Shown here piece by piece: positions 42,548-52,782 of a stretch of DNA of 64,000 nucleotides. The stretch comes from Candidatus Cloacimonadales bacterium (GTDB lineage Bacteria > Cloacimonadota > Cloacimonadia > Cloacimonadales > JAIOQZ01), in contig OY762463.1 of NCBI GenBank assembly GCA_963665815.1, forward strand, positions 3,616,001 to 3,680,000. The letters run 5' to 3'. The position numbers and the translations under genes were made by a program. The notes beneath the pieces are model-generated. The model was not told where the DNA came from, made no database searches, and saw nothing but the letters and a program-made list of their open reading frames with translations. The number at the start of each line of letters is the position of its first letter. Within the stretch, counting starts at the first letter, position 1.

Positions 42548-45253
42548 TCAATTCTCCCGTAGTTTTTCTATCATGGCATCATTATCCGAAGACTTAACCG
42601 GTATAGTTATCTGATAAAGTGTGGAGTTTGCATTATTCAAGTCAACAGAAAAATTTCCTTTATGATTTATAGTAATTATTTTTGATACGGATGTGAATGG
42701 ATTACTGAAATTTTCGAATGAGCTGCACTCAAACTTGTTTTTCATTTTTTCTTTGTAATCTAATAAGAAACTTTGATTCATGTACTCTATTACTGATTGG
42801 GAGCTACATGTTCCGGAATGTTCAATTTCAACATCATAATATGTTTCTTTAAATGATGTTGTGACTTTAAGGTAAGGTGAATCTGTCGAATCCATGTTTT
42901 TAAGATGAGTAAATGTCTCCTTGAAGAGAATCAGAAATACTTCGTTGATCTGATTTGGAAATCCTATTGTAAACGGAATGTTATCGTCCAGAATAGTAGT
43001 TATATTTACAGTACAATCGTACTCTGATTTAGCTAGTAATAAGGCATTCTCCAGTAATTTATTAACATTGTAGTATGTGTAGGTGTCTTTATCCGGTAGT
43101 GATATTTCTTTTACTGCATTTATTACTGTAGATATTCTTTCAACCTCTTCAGTTGTTTCATTTATGGCTTCAGGTATTTCTTTCAACAGTTCCAGAATAT
43201 CCAACTCATTATAGCTTTCAAGTATTTGTCCTATTTCTTTCTGGTTAACAGATTTATTATTTTTGTTAAGCAAAAAATATATGTGTTTAAGGTTTTCTGA
43301 AATATCACTAAAGGCATCTTTTATAAAGCTGGTGTTATTAATAATAATCTGAGCAGGAGTACTGAAGTTGTCAGCAATGTTTTTTACAAGATTCCAGCTT
43401 GTTTCGATTTTCCGGTTTTCAATTATTTTCCCTTCAAGTTTCGCTTTGTCAGAAACATCACGGATTGTAGATACATACATCACAGATTCCTGAATACATA
43501 CTTCAGTTGATTTAACTTCAATATCAAGAAGATTTCTTGTCTTGGTAATGCCGATTGTTCTTGTTGTCTTTGTTTTAGAAGAATACTCGTCTGAGATAGG
43601 TTTATGTTGTATTTTAATATGTTCAGGTTGAAGGTCTGACGTTTTGAGCTGCAGGAGTTCCATTTCTGTGTAGCCAAACATTTCTGAAGCTGCTTTGTTT
43701 GCAGCAACAATTACTGAATCACCGTTTTCTATAAATATTGCTACATCACTTGTGGCAAACAATACATCAAACAGTGAATCATTAAATTTATCTGCTTTCT
43801 CAACTGTTTTTCTGGGAGTAATAAACCTGATATTTGTATGCACAAGATGTTTATCATAGTCAATGATGCATATGCTGACTTCAACGTCTTTATCTTTTCC
43901 AAACCTTGTTATGAAGGTTGTGTCATAACGAGAAAACCCATTTTCTATTGCTTCGCTCAAATGTTTCGAATACAATTTGAGCTTATCAAGTTCATCAATT
44001 GAGTTATGGGTCAATTCGTAATAATCATACTCAAACATTTCAATGGCTTTCTGATTGACATCAATTATTTTCATGTCAAAAGAGTGGATGACAATTGCAT
44101 CATTGGAAAACTGGAATAATGCCCGGAATTTTTCTTCATTAAGCTTCAGTTTGTTTTGTAACTGAATATGGTCTGTTATATCTATGAGAATCCCTATTAT
44201 TCCAGTTTCGTCTGATTCCGGGAATGTAAAAACAGTTTTATGGTTTAATATATTCTTATCAGAGTGCTTGGGTTTTGTAATATCAATTCGATATTTAATA
44301 TCGGAATTAGTTGCCAGAATCTTGTTATCTGAAAGTGTACATTTAGTAGAAAATTCTGCTGGCATCAACTCAAATATTGTACTACCAATAATATTATTCA
44401 TGTCTTTGCCAATGAAATCACAATATTTGTCATTACACATCCTGAAAACGCCATCACCATCTTTGAGGTACATGGGATAGGGAAGAGCATTCAGTATTTC
44501 CTGAAAAAATATTTCTTGATTCTCAATTTTGCTGAGAGTTTCATTATTAGTCTTATTCTTAAATGAAACCATATATAATTTCTTCTCTGAACATCTGATT
44601 CCTGAAATTTTTACTTCTGATTCAATGTTAATAAACTCATTCTTAATTTTTATCTGAGACTCTTTTTTGCTTATATCCAGAGGAAGTAAAATTCCTTTCA
44701 GCTCTTTCTCACTTGTACTGAATGCGTTTTCTGCCATCTTGTTCGAATATTCAATATTTCCGTTTGAATCAATAACAATAACCGGTTCTTTCATATTTGA
44801 AATGATTTCATAAATCCCATGCTGATATTCTTCCAGCTTAGTTTTTAAGTGATTGTTATTACTGTTCAACTCGCGTTTATCCCTGAGAATGTTTATCATA
44901 ACTCTGAATAAAGCAGAACTGACTTCGTTATGAGAAATACACTGAACTTTGACTACTCTGCAAAAATCTATAATACTTTTTTTTATTGATTCCTCATAAA
45001 CAACTATTACTTCATGAGCCCCTGATAACTCCGAGATTTTCCTTAAGACATTTTCTTTAAGAGTTTTTGTACTCTGAAAACTGAAGACCAGTATATCATT
45101 GCTTCTGGTGGTTAATGCGTGGTCAAGAAGATCGTCATTTTGCACCGGAAGAATGCTGTCCCCTTTTTCTGCAGATTGCTTGATTATTTTTTTTATTCTC
45201 TGCAGGGATGATTTATTTGAATCATATACTAAAATATTCAAATTGCTGTTCAT
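42548..45253 (-). CDS. Multi-PAS sensor protein with a degenerate histidine kinase core
   Basis: N-terminal receiver-like segment and several PAS domains (ILNALPYPMYLKD; KFRALFQFSNDAIVI; AIFIEN..IVAANKAASEMFGY). HisKA-like IADNFSTP has no His; HATPase boxes are degenerate. Confidence 0.8.
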   Translation of the reverse strand: MNSNLNILVYDSNKSSLQRIKKIIKQSAEKGDSILPVQNDDLLDHALTTRSNDILVFSFQSTKTLKENVLRKISELSGAHEVIVVYEESIKKSIIDFCRVVKVQCISHNEVSSALFRVMINILRDKRELNSNNNHLKTKLEEYQHGIYEIISNMKEPVIVIDSNGNIEYSNKMAENAFSTSEKELKGILLPLDISKKESQIKIKNEFINIESEVKISGIRCSEKKLYMVSFKNKTNNETLSKIENQEIFFQEILNALPYPMYLKDGDGVFRMCNDKYCDFIGKDMNNIIGSTIFELMPAEFSTKCTLSDNKILATNSDIKYRIDITKPKHSDKNILNHKTVFTFPESDETGIIGILIDITDHIQLQNKLKLNEEKFRALFQFSNDAIVIHSFDMKIIDVNQKAIEMFEYDYYELTHNSIDELDKLKLYSKHLSEAIENGFSRYDTTFITRFGKDKDVEVSICIIDYDKHLVHTNIRFITPRKTVEKADKFNDSLFDVLFATSDVAIFIENGDSVIVAANKAASEMFGYTEMELLQLKTSDLQPEHIKIQHKPISDEYSSKTKTTRTIGITKTRNLLDIEVKSTEVCIQESVMYVSTIRDVSDKAKLEGKIIENRKIETSWNLVKNIADNFSTPAQIIINNTSFIKDAFSDISENLKHIYFLLNKNNKSVNQKEIGQILESYNELDILELLKEIPEAINETTEEVERISTVINAVKEISLPDKDTYTYYNVNKLLENALLLAKSEYDCTVNITTILDDNIPFTIGFPNQINEVFLILFKETFTHLKNMDSTDSPYLKVTTSFKETYYDVEIEHSGTCSSQSVIEYMNQSFLLDYKEKMKNKFECSSFENFSNPFTSVSKIITINHKGNFSVDLNNANSTLYQITIPVKSSDNDAMIEKLREN

Positions 45254-45506
45254 TAAACTCCCTTTTAAAACTCCATTGAATTATACAATATATTATAGTG
45301 AGATTTTGCTTAAGACCTAAATAAAAAAAATGATTAAGTAGATTATTTGGTTATCCTGTTAGAGGACTAAAGTGAAATCAGGATAATTAGAAGGCTTACC
45401 GTTATTGCTGAGAATTTTATCTTTCTGAAGGAAATGAACAATTTTATTGACTCAATTCATATTCAGTAAAAAAGTATAGTACTATAATGAGAAATATGGA
45501 CACAAA

Positions 45507-46823
45507 ATGAAAATACTGGAAAAATATATATTAAGAGAAAACCTGAAGCCCTTTATTGTTTCGCTTCTGGTTATTACATTTGTGCTATTGCTGGATCATT
45601 TAATTGATCTGCTGAATATAATTATTGAGAAGCGACTGAACGGAATGACAATTGTACAGATTCTTGTTTACAGCCTGCCTTTTCTCATGGCTATGTCAGT
45701 GCCCATGTCGGTGTTAACAGCATCAATAATGTCATTCGGCAGGTTATCTGTTGATAATGAGGTGACAGCATTCAAGTCCTGCGGGATAAATGTTTATACT
45801 CTACTAAGACCTACAGTAATAAGTGCAATTCTGCTTTCCATTTTTATGGTTTATTTCAATAATCAGATATTACCAGATTCTAACTACAATCTGAAGCGGC
45901 TCAGAGATAAGATTATTACCCGAAAACCAATTTCAGCATTGAAACCAGGCGTTTTCACAGAGATGGAGCGTTACACCATATACGTAAAATCCCATGATGA
46001 TAAGTATATGAGAGGTATTGTGATTTATGACAGATCTGAAGGAGTTCTTCCTCAGGTTATTACTGCTGAGTACGGTGAGATAAATCTGTTTAATGGTGGT
46101 AACAGCCTTAAAGCCATACTTTACAATGGGGAAATGAGACATACTGACAGACAACATAAAAATCTGGCTCAAGTAAGAACATTCAAGAAATTTACTCTTA
46201 ATCTGCCTGATCTGGGTTTCTCTGATCAAAGTCAATCCAGTACGTTTCGTGGTGATAGAGAATTAAGTTCGGCAGCAATGAGGGAAAAGATTGTTCATAA
46301 AAAGGAACAGATGGGTAAATACGTTAAGAAGTTATCTCGTATTATTAATGAGCATAACACTTTGGCAAATAAAGAGAATCTAACTACTGAAGAGAAAAGA
46401 GAGCAAAAGAAGTTATCAAGGGAAATGAGAACTACAAAAAGCAGAATTTCTGACTTTCAGAGAGGCATAAAAATTTATCAAGTTGAGATTCATAAAAAAT
46501 ATGCAATTGCTTTTGCCTGTCTTGTGTTTGTGCTTGTAGGTGCACCAATTGGAATGATGACGAGAACAAGTGGTGTCGGAATGGCTTTCAGTGTGAGTTC
46601 GGTTGTTTTTCTTATATATTATATATCCCTGTATATGGGAGAGGAATTAGCGGATAGAGGTTATGTTCCACCTTGGATTGCAATGTGGATAGCCAATATT
46701 CTGCTTGGTGTTGTAGGAATTTTCCTGATTATTTTTACTGTAAAGGAATCGAGGTTTATTGATCTTAATAAGTATATCATGAAAGTTGTAAATATCTTTA
46801 AAAGGAAAAAGCATGCTGCATAA
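45507..46823 (+). CDS. LptF/LptG family LPS export permease
   Basis: KYILRE..KPF; P.SVL.AS..SFGRLSVDNEVTAFKSCGI; EIHKKYAIAFACLVFVLVGAPIG; three plus three TM segments. Confidence 0.9.
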   Translation: MKILEKYILRENLKPFIVSLLVITFVLLLDHLIDLLNIIIEKRLNGMTIVQILVYSLPFLMAMSVPMSVLTASIMSFGRLSVDNEVTAFKSCGINVYTLLRPTVISAILLSIFMVYFNNQILPDSNYNLKRLRDKIITRKPISALKPGVFTEMERYTIYVKSHDDKYMRGIVIYDRSEGVLPQVITAEYGEINLFNGGNSLKAILYNGEMRHTDRQHKNLAQVRTFKKFTLNLPDLGFSDQSQSSTFRGDRELSSAAMREKIVHKKEQMGKYVKKLSRIINEHNTLANKENLTTEEKREQKKLSREMRTTKSRISDFQRGIKIYQVEIHKKYAIAFACLVFVLVGAPIGMMTRTSGVGMAFSVSSVVFLIYYISLYMGEELADRGYVPPWIAMWIANILLGVVGIFLIIFTVKESRFIDLNKYIMKVVNIFKRKKHAA

Positions 46824-47403
46824 ATATCTTAAACGGAAAAAGATAGTTCTGGCTTCCGCATCACCGAGAAGAAAACATATATTCGATATGGTTGGTATCA
46901 AATCTTTACAGAAACCTGCTGATGTCGACGAAACAATACATACAACTAATCCCCGTAAATTAGTTCTGGATCATGCTTCGGCGAAAGCTCGGGCTATTGG
47001 GGATATGCTGGATCAGGATTGTCTGGTTGTTGGCTCTGACACGATTGTATATCATGATGGAAAAATACTTGGAAAACCTGAGGATGTTCAGTCAGCACAG
47101 GAGTATCTGCAGAAGTTGTCGGGGGATTCACACTCAGTATATACAGGTGTATGTATTATTTACAGAAACCGTGAATATAAAGATTATGCCCGTACAAAGG
47201 TGAAGTTTCAAGTATTGAGTGATAAAGAGATTTCTGATTACATCATGACTCATGAACCTTTCGATAAAGCCGGTGCATACGGCATTCAGGGTTTTGGCGG
47301 TCAGTTCATAGAATCCATTTCAGGATGCTACTTCAATGTTATGGGATTCCCAATTTCTCTTTTCTATAAAATGATTAAAGATATTTTTGATAAGAATGAG
47401 TGA
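46813..47403 (+). CDS. maf: Maf/YhdE nucleoside triphosphate pyrophosphatase
   Basis: IVLASASPRR, GSDTIV...ILGKP, DKAGAYGIQG, NVMGFP. Confidence 0.94.
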   Translation: MLHKYLKRKKIVLASASPRRKHIFDMVGIKSLQKPADVDETIHTTNPRKLVLDHASAKARAIGDMLDQDCLVVGSDTIVYHDGKILGKPEDVQSAQEYLQKLSGDSHSVYTGVCIIYRNREYKDYARTKVKFQVLSDKEISDYIMTHEPFDKAGAYGIQGFGGQFIESISGCYFNVMGFPISLFYKMIKDIFDKNE

Positions 47404-48872
47404 TGAAAATACTATTTTACAACGCTTTTGTTTATACAGGACAAGAGAAATACACTATTCATGCTTTAGTAGTTGAGAATGGTGTTATAACCGAATTGTT
47501 CGAAGCTAAACCTTTTTTAACAGATGTCAAAGAAATAAATCTGGATGGAAAATATGTTTATCCCGGATTTACAGACACACATACACATTCGTTTGAAGGT
47601 GGACTCTACAGCCTTTGTGCGGATACTTACAATTGTTCAACAATTAGTGAAGCTCTTGATGTTCTGTCCCAGGTGGAACCTGTAGGGGGAATGGTTTTCG
47701 GATGGAGATTTGACGAGAACAGAATAACTGAAAAAAGATTTCCAACTCTGTCTGAACTTGATAAATTGTATCCGGATATTCCTATTATCCTGAGAAGGAT
47801 TGATGGACACTCTGCAGTTATAAATTCCTGTGCAATGAAGAGAATTGGCAGGGATATCAAGCATGAAAACGGATTAGTAAGAAAAGAGTACAATGATGTT
47901 GCTGCTCACTGGTTTCATAGAAATATCTCAGAAAATGGCGTTTTTGCTGCCTATGCCAAAGCTGCGGAAATAGCTCTCAGGGGAGGATTTACATGTATTC
48001 ATACAATGGCAGGAGATGCGGATTACGATTTATTGACTTATCCGGTATTAAAGAATAATCTTAACAGATTCCCTGTAGAATTTGTGCCTTATCCACAAAT
48101 GTTTGATATTGATAAAGCTGTGAATTTCGAATCAGGAAGAATCGGGGGGTGTATACTGGCGGATGGCTCTTTTGGCTCTTATACTGCAGCTCTGAATTCT
48201 CCGTATTCTAACACTGACATCAGGGGAATTCTATATCAGACTGATGAATTCTGGGAGAAATTTGTTGCACAAGCTCATGAGAGAAATCTGCAGATTGCTG
48301 TTCATGCAATAGGTGACAGGGCCACGGAACAAATAATTAATGCAGTTGAAAAAGCTCAATTGAAGAAAGAAAAAGATCTCAGGCATGAACTTATACATAA
48401 CGAGCTGATCACTGATCGTAATATTGACAGGATGAAAAAACTGGGCATGAGTGCGGTAATGCAGCCGATGTTTGACAGATTATGGGGCGGCAGGAATCAG
48501 TTCTACTCTAGAGTACTTGGTGTTGAGAGAGCCTGGAAGACAAACAGGTTTAAAACCATTTATGATAAAGGAGTTTTACTTACGGGTGGATCAGATTGGT
48601 ATATTACAGAACTGGATGTTATACAACAACTTTATGCTGTTACACATACTCATAATCCAGCACAAAGTCTGTCTGCTTCTGAAGCAATAAAAATATACAC
48701 TGAGAATGCGGCAAAACTTAACTTTGAAGAAGATAAAAAGGGAAAAATTGCAGTAGGCTATATTGCTGATTTCTCTGTTGCAGATTCCGATTTACTGGAT
48801 GTAGATAGAATCAGGGAAGCTTCAATAACAGATGTGATCAGGTCAGGGAAAATAGAATATCATGCTGAATAA
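47403..48872 (+). CDS. Amidohydrolase 3 (YtcJ-like) metal-dependent hydrolase
   Basis: PGFTDTHTH, RIDGHS, DGSFGSYTAAL, HAIGDRA, GGSDW; TGATG overlap with maf. Confidence 0.88.
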   Translation: MKILFYNAFVYTGQEKYTIHALVVENGVITELFEAKPFLTDVKEINLDGKYVYPGFTDTHTHSFEGGLYSLCADTYNCSTISEALDVLSQVEPVGGMVFGWRFDENRITEKRFPTLSELDKLYPDIPIILRRIDGHSAVINSCAMKRIGRDIKHENGLVRKEYNDVAAHWFHRNISENGVFAAYAKAAEIALRGGFTCIHTMAGDADYDLLTYPVLKNNLNRFPVEFVPYPQMFDIDKAVNFESGRIGGCILADGSFGSYTAALNSPYSNTDIRGILYQTDEFWEKFVAQAHERNLQIAVHAIGDRATEQIINAVEKAQLKKEKDLRHELIHNELITDRNIDRMKKLGMSAVMQPMFDRLWGGRNQFYSRVLGVERAWKTNRFKTIYDKGVLLTGGSDWYITELDVIQQLYAVTHTHNPAQSLSASEAIKIYTENAAKLNFEEDKKGKIAVGYIADFSVADSDLLDVDRIREASITDVIRSGKIEYHAE

Positions 48873-49401
48873 AGAATTTGTTGAATTGCTTGTTGGTGAG
48901 AAGAAAATGTATCCACAGGCACAATTAATTGATTACTTTAAAGTGATATTTCAGGCTTGCTATGGTCCCGGGCATGGGATCTCTAACTATTCTGCTGCCA
49001 GAGAATATTATCTTAATGAATTTGCATTGTTAGATAGTGATCAGAGTGAGCAAAATTGCATGATTCAGGATCTAAGTTATCCTAATGGTTTTTATCGAGT
49101 GAATCTTGCTGCAGTCAAACAAGAACTGATAAGCAGGGATGAATTGTTTGAAGGCTTTGTTCATAGTTCAAAGATAAAGTGTGATAGCTGTCAGTTCGAT
49201 CAACTTTGGGCGAAAGCTGTCAGGTTTGTTGTCGAGGAGTTGGGAATTAATGAGGATAAGGATTCTCTTGAATCTATTACTCGGTTTTTCACATCAGGAT
49301 CATTCCCGAGTCATTCAAACTTTTATAGGAAGCACTATTCTCCTCATTACAGGCTTCTGTACAGGGAATTTATTCCTGAAAGACTGCTTCGATTGTTATA
49401 G
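48862..49401 (+). CDS. Conserved hypothetical protein
   Basis: Overlaps the upstream gene; motifs YP...D..K..FQ..YGPGH, RVNL, HS..YR.HY.PHYRL. Confidence 0.7.
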   Translation: MLNKEFVELLVGEKKMYPQAQLIDYFKVIFQACYGPGHGISNYSAAREYYLNEFALLDSDQSEQNCMIQDLSYPNGFYRVNLAAVKQELISRDELFEGFVHSSKIKCDSCQFDQLWAKAVRFVVEELGINEDKDSLESITRFFTSGSFPSHSNFYRKHYSPHYRLLYREFIPERLLRLL

Positions 49402-50733
49402 TGTTCTCTCAAGAAAAATCTTTAAGTCATCTATTGCCCGTTCAGCCATTTTAGTTTTTTTCAACTTTTTATCTCTGATTCTTTCCGGTAATGCAGGCAA
49501 AAGCCCAAAATTAGCATTCATTGGCTGATAGTTTTTCGATTCAGTAATCAGGTGTTTCCATAATTTACCGCTGATAGTTGTCTCGGGAAGTATAGTCAGT
49601 TTGTCGGAGATAGTAAATGCTGTTAGCATCCCGCTGAGAATGGATTCAATGTAGCCTTCCACACCTGCAAGCTGACCCGCAATATACAGATTCGGGCTAT
49701 TCTTGAATGAGAAATCAGTATTAATCAGTTCAGGAGAATTAATGTATGAGTTTCTGTGAATTGATCCGTAGCGAACAATAACAGCGTTTTCAAGACCGGG
49801 AATCATACGAATTACTTCTTTCTGTGATTTCTGTTTCATCATTGTCTGGCATCCAACAAGGTTGTAAGCAGTTTTATCATTGTTCTCTGCTCTTAACTGA
49901 ATTACTGCATAAGGTCTTTTGTCTGTATCAGGTAAGTTAAGTCCAACTGGACGCATTACACCATACCGTAACGTATCTATGTTCCTTCTTGCCAGTTCTT
50001 CAATAGGAATGCAGCTTTCATAATAGCGGAAATCAATGTTCTCAAAGAAATCATTTTCGAATTCCTTACTTTGATATTTTTCGCTTTCTCTCAGAGCATC
50101 CACGAAATTTTCATATTGCTCTTTTGTGAATGGACAGTTTATGTAATCTGATTCACCTTTATCATATCTGGATTTGCTGTAGCAAGTATCCATATTTATA
50201 GATTCAGCAGAAACAATTGGAGCAATAGCGTCGAAGAAATAAAGCTGGTTTTCTCCGATCAAACTCATGAGACTTTCAGTAATAGAATCTGATGATAATG
50301 GACCTGTTGCAAGAATACACTTAGAGGAAGGGAGTGATTTGACTTCTTCTCGAATCAAGTTTATTGATGGATGTGATTCGATAGCTGAAGTTACAGCATC
50401 AGCAAATTTATCTCTGTCAACTGCCAGTGCATTTCCTGCCGGAACAGAACATGATTCAGCAATGGGAAGAAGCTTGCAACCGAGTAATCTCATCTCTTCC
50501 TTAAGAAGCCCTGAAGCCGTACTGATTAACATGGACTTCAGTGAGTTACTACAGACTATTTCCGCAAGCTTATCTGTGTTGTGTGCAGGTGTTTTTGCAA
50601 CCGGTCTCATTTCGTATAAATTTACATCCCAGCCTTTATCGGCAAGCTGCAGGGCTGCTTCGGTTCCAGCAAGCCCACCTCCGATAATAGTTATCTTTTT
50701 AATGTTTGCATTCATTTTCTGAGTTTCTTTCAT
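49396..50733 (-). CDS. trmFO: Folate/FAD-dependent tRNA (uracil-54) methyltransferase TrmFO
   Basis: IIGGGLAGTEAA, EMRP...TPAH....AEIVCSNS, VPAG.ALAVDR, FFDAIAP, AGQLAGVEGY.ES, QPMNANFGL. Confidence 0.96.
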   Translation of the reverse strand: MKETQKMNANIKKITIIGGGLAGTEAALQLADKGWDVNLYEMRPVAKTPAHNTDKLAEIVCSNSLKSMLISTASGLLKEEMRLLGCKLLPIAESCSVPAGNALAVDRDKFADAVTSAIESHPSINLIREEVKSLPSSKCILATGPLSSDSITESLMSLIGENQLYFFDAIAPIVSAESINMDTCYSKSRYDKGESDYINCPFTKEQYENFVDALRESEKYQSKEFENDFFENIDFRYYESCIPIEELARRNIDTLRYGVMRPVGLNLPDTDKRPYAVIQLRAENNDKTAYNLVGCQTMMKQKSQKEVIRMIPGLENAVIVRYGSIHRNSYINSPELINTDFSFKNSPNLYIAGQLAGVEGYIESILSGMLTAFTISDKLTILPETTISGKLWKHLITESKNYQPMNANFGLLPALPERIRDKKLKKTKMAERAIDDLKIFLERTL

Positions 50734-50817
50734 TATAATCTGACTCCATTAAGATTGGATACTTGACATTTTTTTATATGATTAAATCTTGTAAACAAAA
50801 AGCTGACGGGAGCAGTA

Positions 50818-51795
50818 ATGAAAAAGAGAATTCTCATAATAACAACAGGTGGAACCATTGCCATGAATTACGATATGAGTAAGGGAATGGTGCCTTCAGA
50901 CGATCTGGTTGGTTTTCTTCAATCTTTTCCTCAATTAAAAGAAATAGCAGATATTGAGGTTTTTGAATTTTCAAATGTGCCAAGTCCGTTTATGACCCCG
51001 GAGACAATGTTTAAGCTGGCAAAACTGGTAGATCTTAAAATCGTTGATTATGATGGAGTTGTTATTACTCATGGTACAGATACCCTTGAGGAAACATCTT
51101 ATATGCTTGATCTTGTTCTTACAACGAGAAAACCGGTAATAATAACTGCTGCAATGAGAGCAGGGCAGGATCTTGGACTTGACGGCCCCAGAAACATTGT
51201 AGGAGCAGTGAGGGTTGCATGTCATCAGAATTCTATTGATAAAGGTGTTCTGGTTGTAATGTATGATGAAATTCTCCCTGCAAGAGATGTTGTTAAAACA
51301 GATACCGGTAAGCTGGATTCATTTGAATGTGTAGATTATGGAATTCTTGGAATCGTGGATCCTGACAGAATAGTGTATCACCGTCAGATGATGAAGAGAG
51401 ATTGTGTCTGGACAGATAAAATTGATATAGACGTTGATCTTATAAAGGTTGTTTCAGGGATGACTGATGATTATATCAGGACATCAATGGCGCGAAATGT
51501 AAAGGCTATCGTTATTGAAGCTTTTGGAAGAGGAAATGTCCCTCCCGGATTAGTACCGGCAATTAAAGATGCAATCAATGAAGGCATCATGATTGTAATT
51601 GTTTCCAAAGCTCATTCCGGTCGTGTTCTGCCTGAATATGGTTATGAAGGTGGAGGAAGGTCTCTTCTGGAAGCCGGTGCAATTATGGGAGGGGATATGA
51701 GAGGTCACAAAGCCAGAATAAAATTGATGACTCTTCTCGGGAAATATGGTGATCCCGCTATTGTGCGAAAGTTCTTTGTGAATTCTTTGTCATAA
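50818..51795 (+). CDS. L-asparaginase family protein
   Basis: TTGGTIA and VITHGTDTLEET catalytic motifs; DGPRN. Confidence 0.92.
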   Translation: MKKRILIITTGGTIAMNYDMSKGMVPSDDLVGFLQSFPQLKEIADIEVFEFSNVPSPFMTPETMFKLAKLVDLKIVDYDGVVITHGTDTLEETSYMLDLVLTTRKPVIITAAMRAGQDLGLDGPRNIVGAVRVACHQNSIDKGVLVVMYDEILPARDVVKTDTGKLDSFECVDYGILGIVDPDRIVYHRQMMKRDCVWTDKIDIDVDLIKVVSGMTDDYIRTSMARNVKAIVIEAFGRGNVPPGLVPAIKDAINEGIMIVIVSKAHSGRVLPEYGYEGGGRSLLEAGAIMGGDMRGHKARIKLMTLLGKYGDPAIVRKFFVNSLS

Positions 51796-51932
51796 GTGAT
51801 CAAGCAACTGAAATAAATGCATTGCTGAATTATCCTCATAAATAATTCTGATTATAAATAAAAATTTTCTTATAGACAATTATTGATAATTATGCTTGGT
51901 TTGTCGCAAAGAAGAAATCACAAGGAGGAAAA

Positions 51933-52352
51933 ATGAAGTTTTCAGCAATCTTACTATTTGTTATTTCAGTTCTATTATTAACCGGATGCGGTCCTAAAGA
52001 ATTTGTAGGAGAAACAATTGAGCACAGTCTTGCTAAGGAAAGAGTTTTCAGTTTGATTAAAGACTGGTGCGAAGTTAATAATTCTGCTCAATTAGGCAGA
52101 CAAATCAAAATAACTGAAGAAGAAGAAGGTAAAGGTACTCTTAAAGCGGAGTTTAAGTATATTTATCAGACTGCAACAGAAAAAGTTACAGTTTATTTTT
52201 ACATGTCAGTCAAGGTAAAGGAAGATACAGTTGAAATATCAATGAGTTTACCAAAGAGAAAATCAAACAGAGGAATTCCTGATCAGCTTCAAACTGAGAT
52301 TGAAGACACAATTTCCAGAGTTCCGGGCAATATTGGTTCTACTCTGAACTAA
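51933..52352 (+). CDS. Hypothetical lipoprotein
   Basis: RBS AAGGAGG; lipobox LLTG-C. Confidence 0.75.
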   Translation: MKFSAILLFVISVLLLTGCGPKEFVGETIEHSLAKERVFSLIKDWCEVNNSAQLGRQIKITEEEEGKGTLKAEFKYIYQTATEKVTVYFYMSVKVKEDTVEISMSLPKRKSNRGIPDQLQTEIEDTISRVPGNIGSTLN

Positions 52353-52376
52353 TTGAATATTCCGATTAAATTTTAC

Positions 52377-52406
52377 AAACCTGCTGTTTCCCGGCAGGTT
52401 TTTTTT
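52377..52406 (+). terminator. Intrinsic terminator
   Basis: AAACCTGCTG-tttcc-CGGCAGGTTT followed by a T-run. Confidence 0.75.
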
Positions 52407-52499
52407 ATTCATTATTCTGAATCTACTTGATTTTGCTTTTTTGTAATAATTTCGAATACAACGATTTATACATTTCTGTTACAATTTGTTTTTTTTATC

Positions 52500-52526
52500 T
52501 AAACATATTCATGGTTTCGACGATAT
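52500..52526 (+). promoter_or_regulatory. Sigma-28 (FliA/SigD)-like promoter
   Basis: TAAA-N15-GACGATAT versus consensus TAAA-N15-GCCGATA(A/T). Confidence 0.5.
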
Positions 52527-52566
52527 ATATTGTGCATGGATGCAAATTAATTTCAAGGAGGAAATG

Positions 52567-52716
52567 ATGGAAAGCCTACGACCTATTACAGATGTGGCAT
52601 TGTCTAATGTTACGACGTTGGTTGATCAGTTGAAAAGAACGGTTTTAAAAAATAAAGTTGAAGCCGTTCATGCTCAGGTCTTAAAAATTCCAGATCGTGT
52701 TAACGGCTTCAAATGA
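52567..52716 (+). CDS. Small protein (49 aa) of unknown function
   Basis: Perfect AAGGAGG 5 nt before ATG 52567; has its own candidate promoter and a downstream hairpin. Confidence 0.6.
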   Translation: MESLRPITDVALSNVTTLVDQLKRTVLKNKVEAVHAQVLKIPDRVNGFK

Positions 52717-52736
52717 TCATTTCCAATCAAACTGCA

Positions 52737-52782
52737 AGGATGTTCAGTACTATTTTGTTACTGAACATCCTCACTTTTTTTT
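52737..52782 (+). terminator. Terminator hairpin between the small gene and the ABC exporter
   Basis: 13-bp stem AGGATGTTCAGTA/TACTGAACATCCT followed by CAC and a T-run. Confidence 0.7.

Noticed and set aside
41956..45253. Calling the degenerate kinase and regulator pseudogenes
   Set aside because: Both are full-length uninterrupted ORFs, tightly coupled, with an RBS upstream of the kinase.
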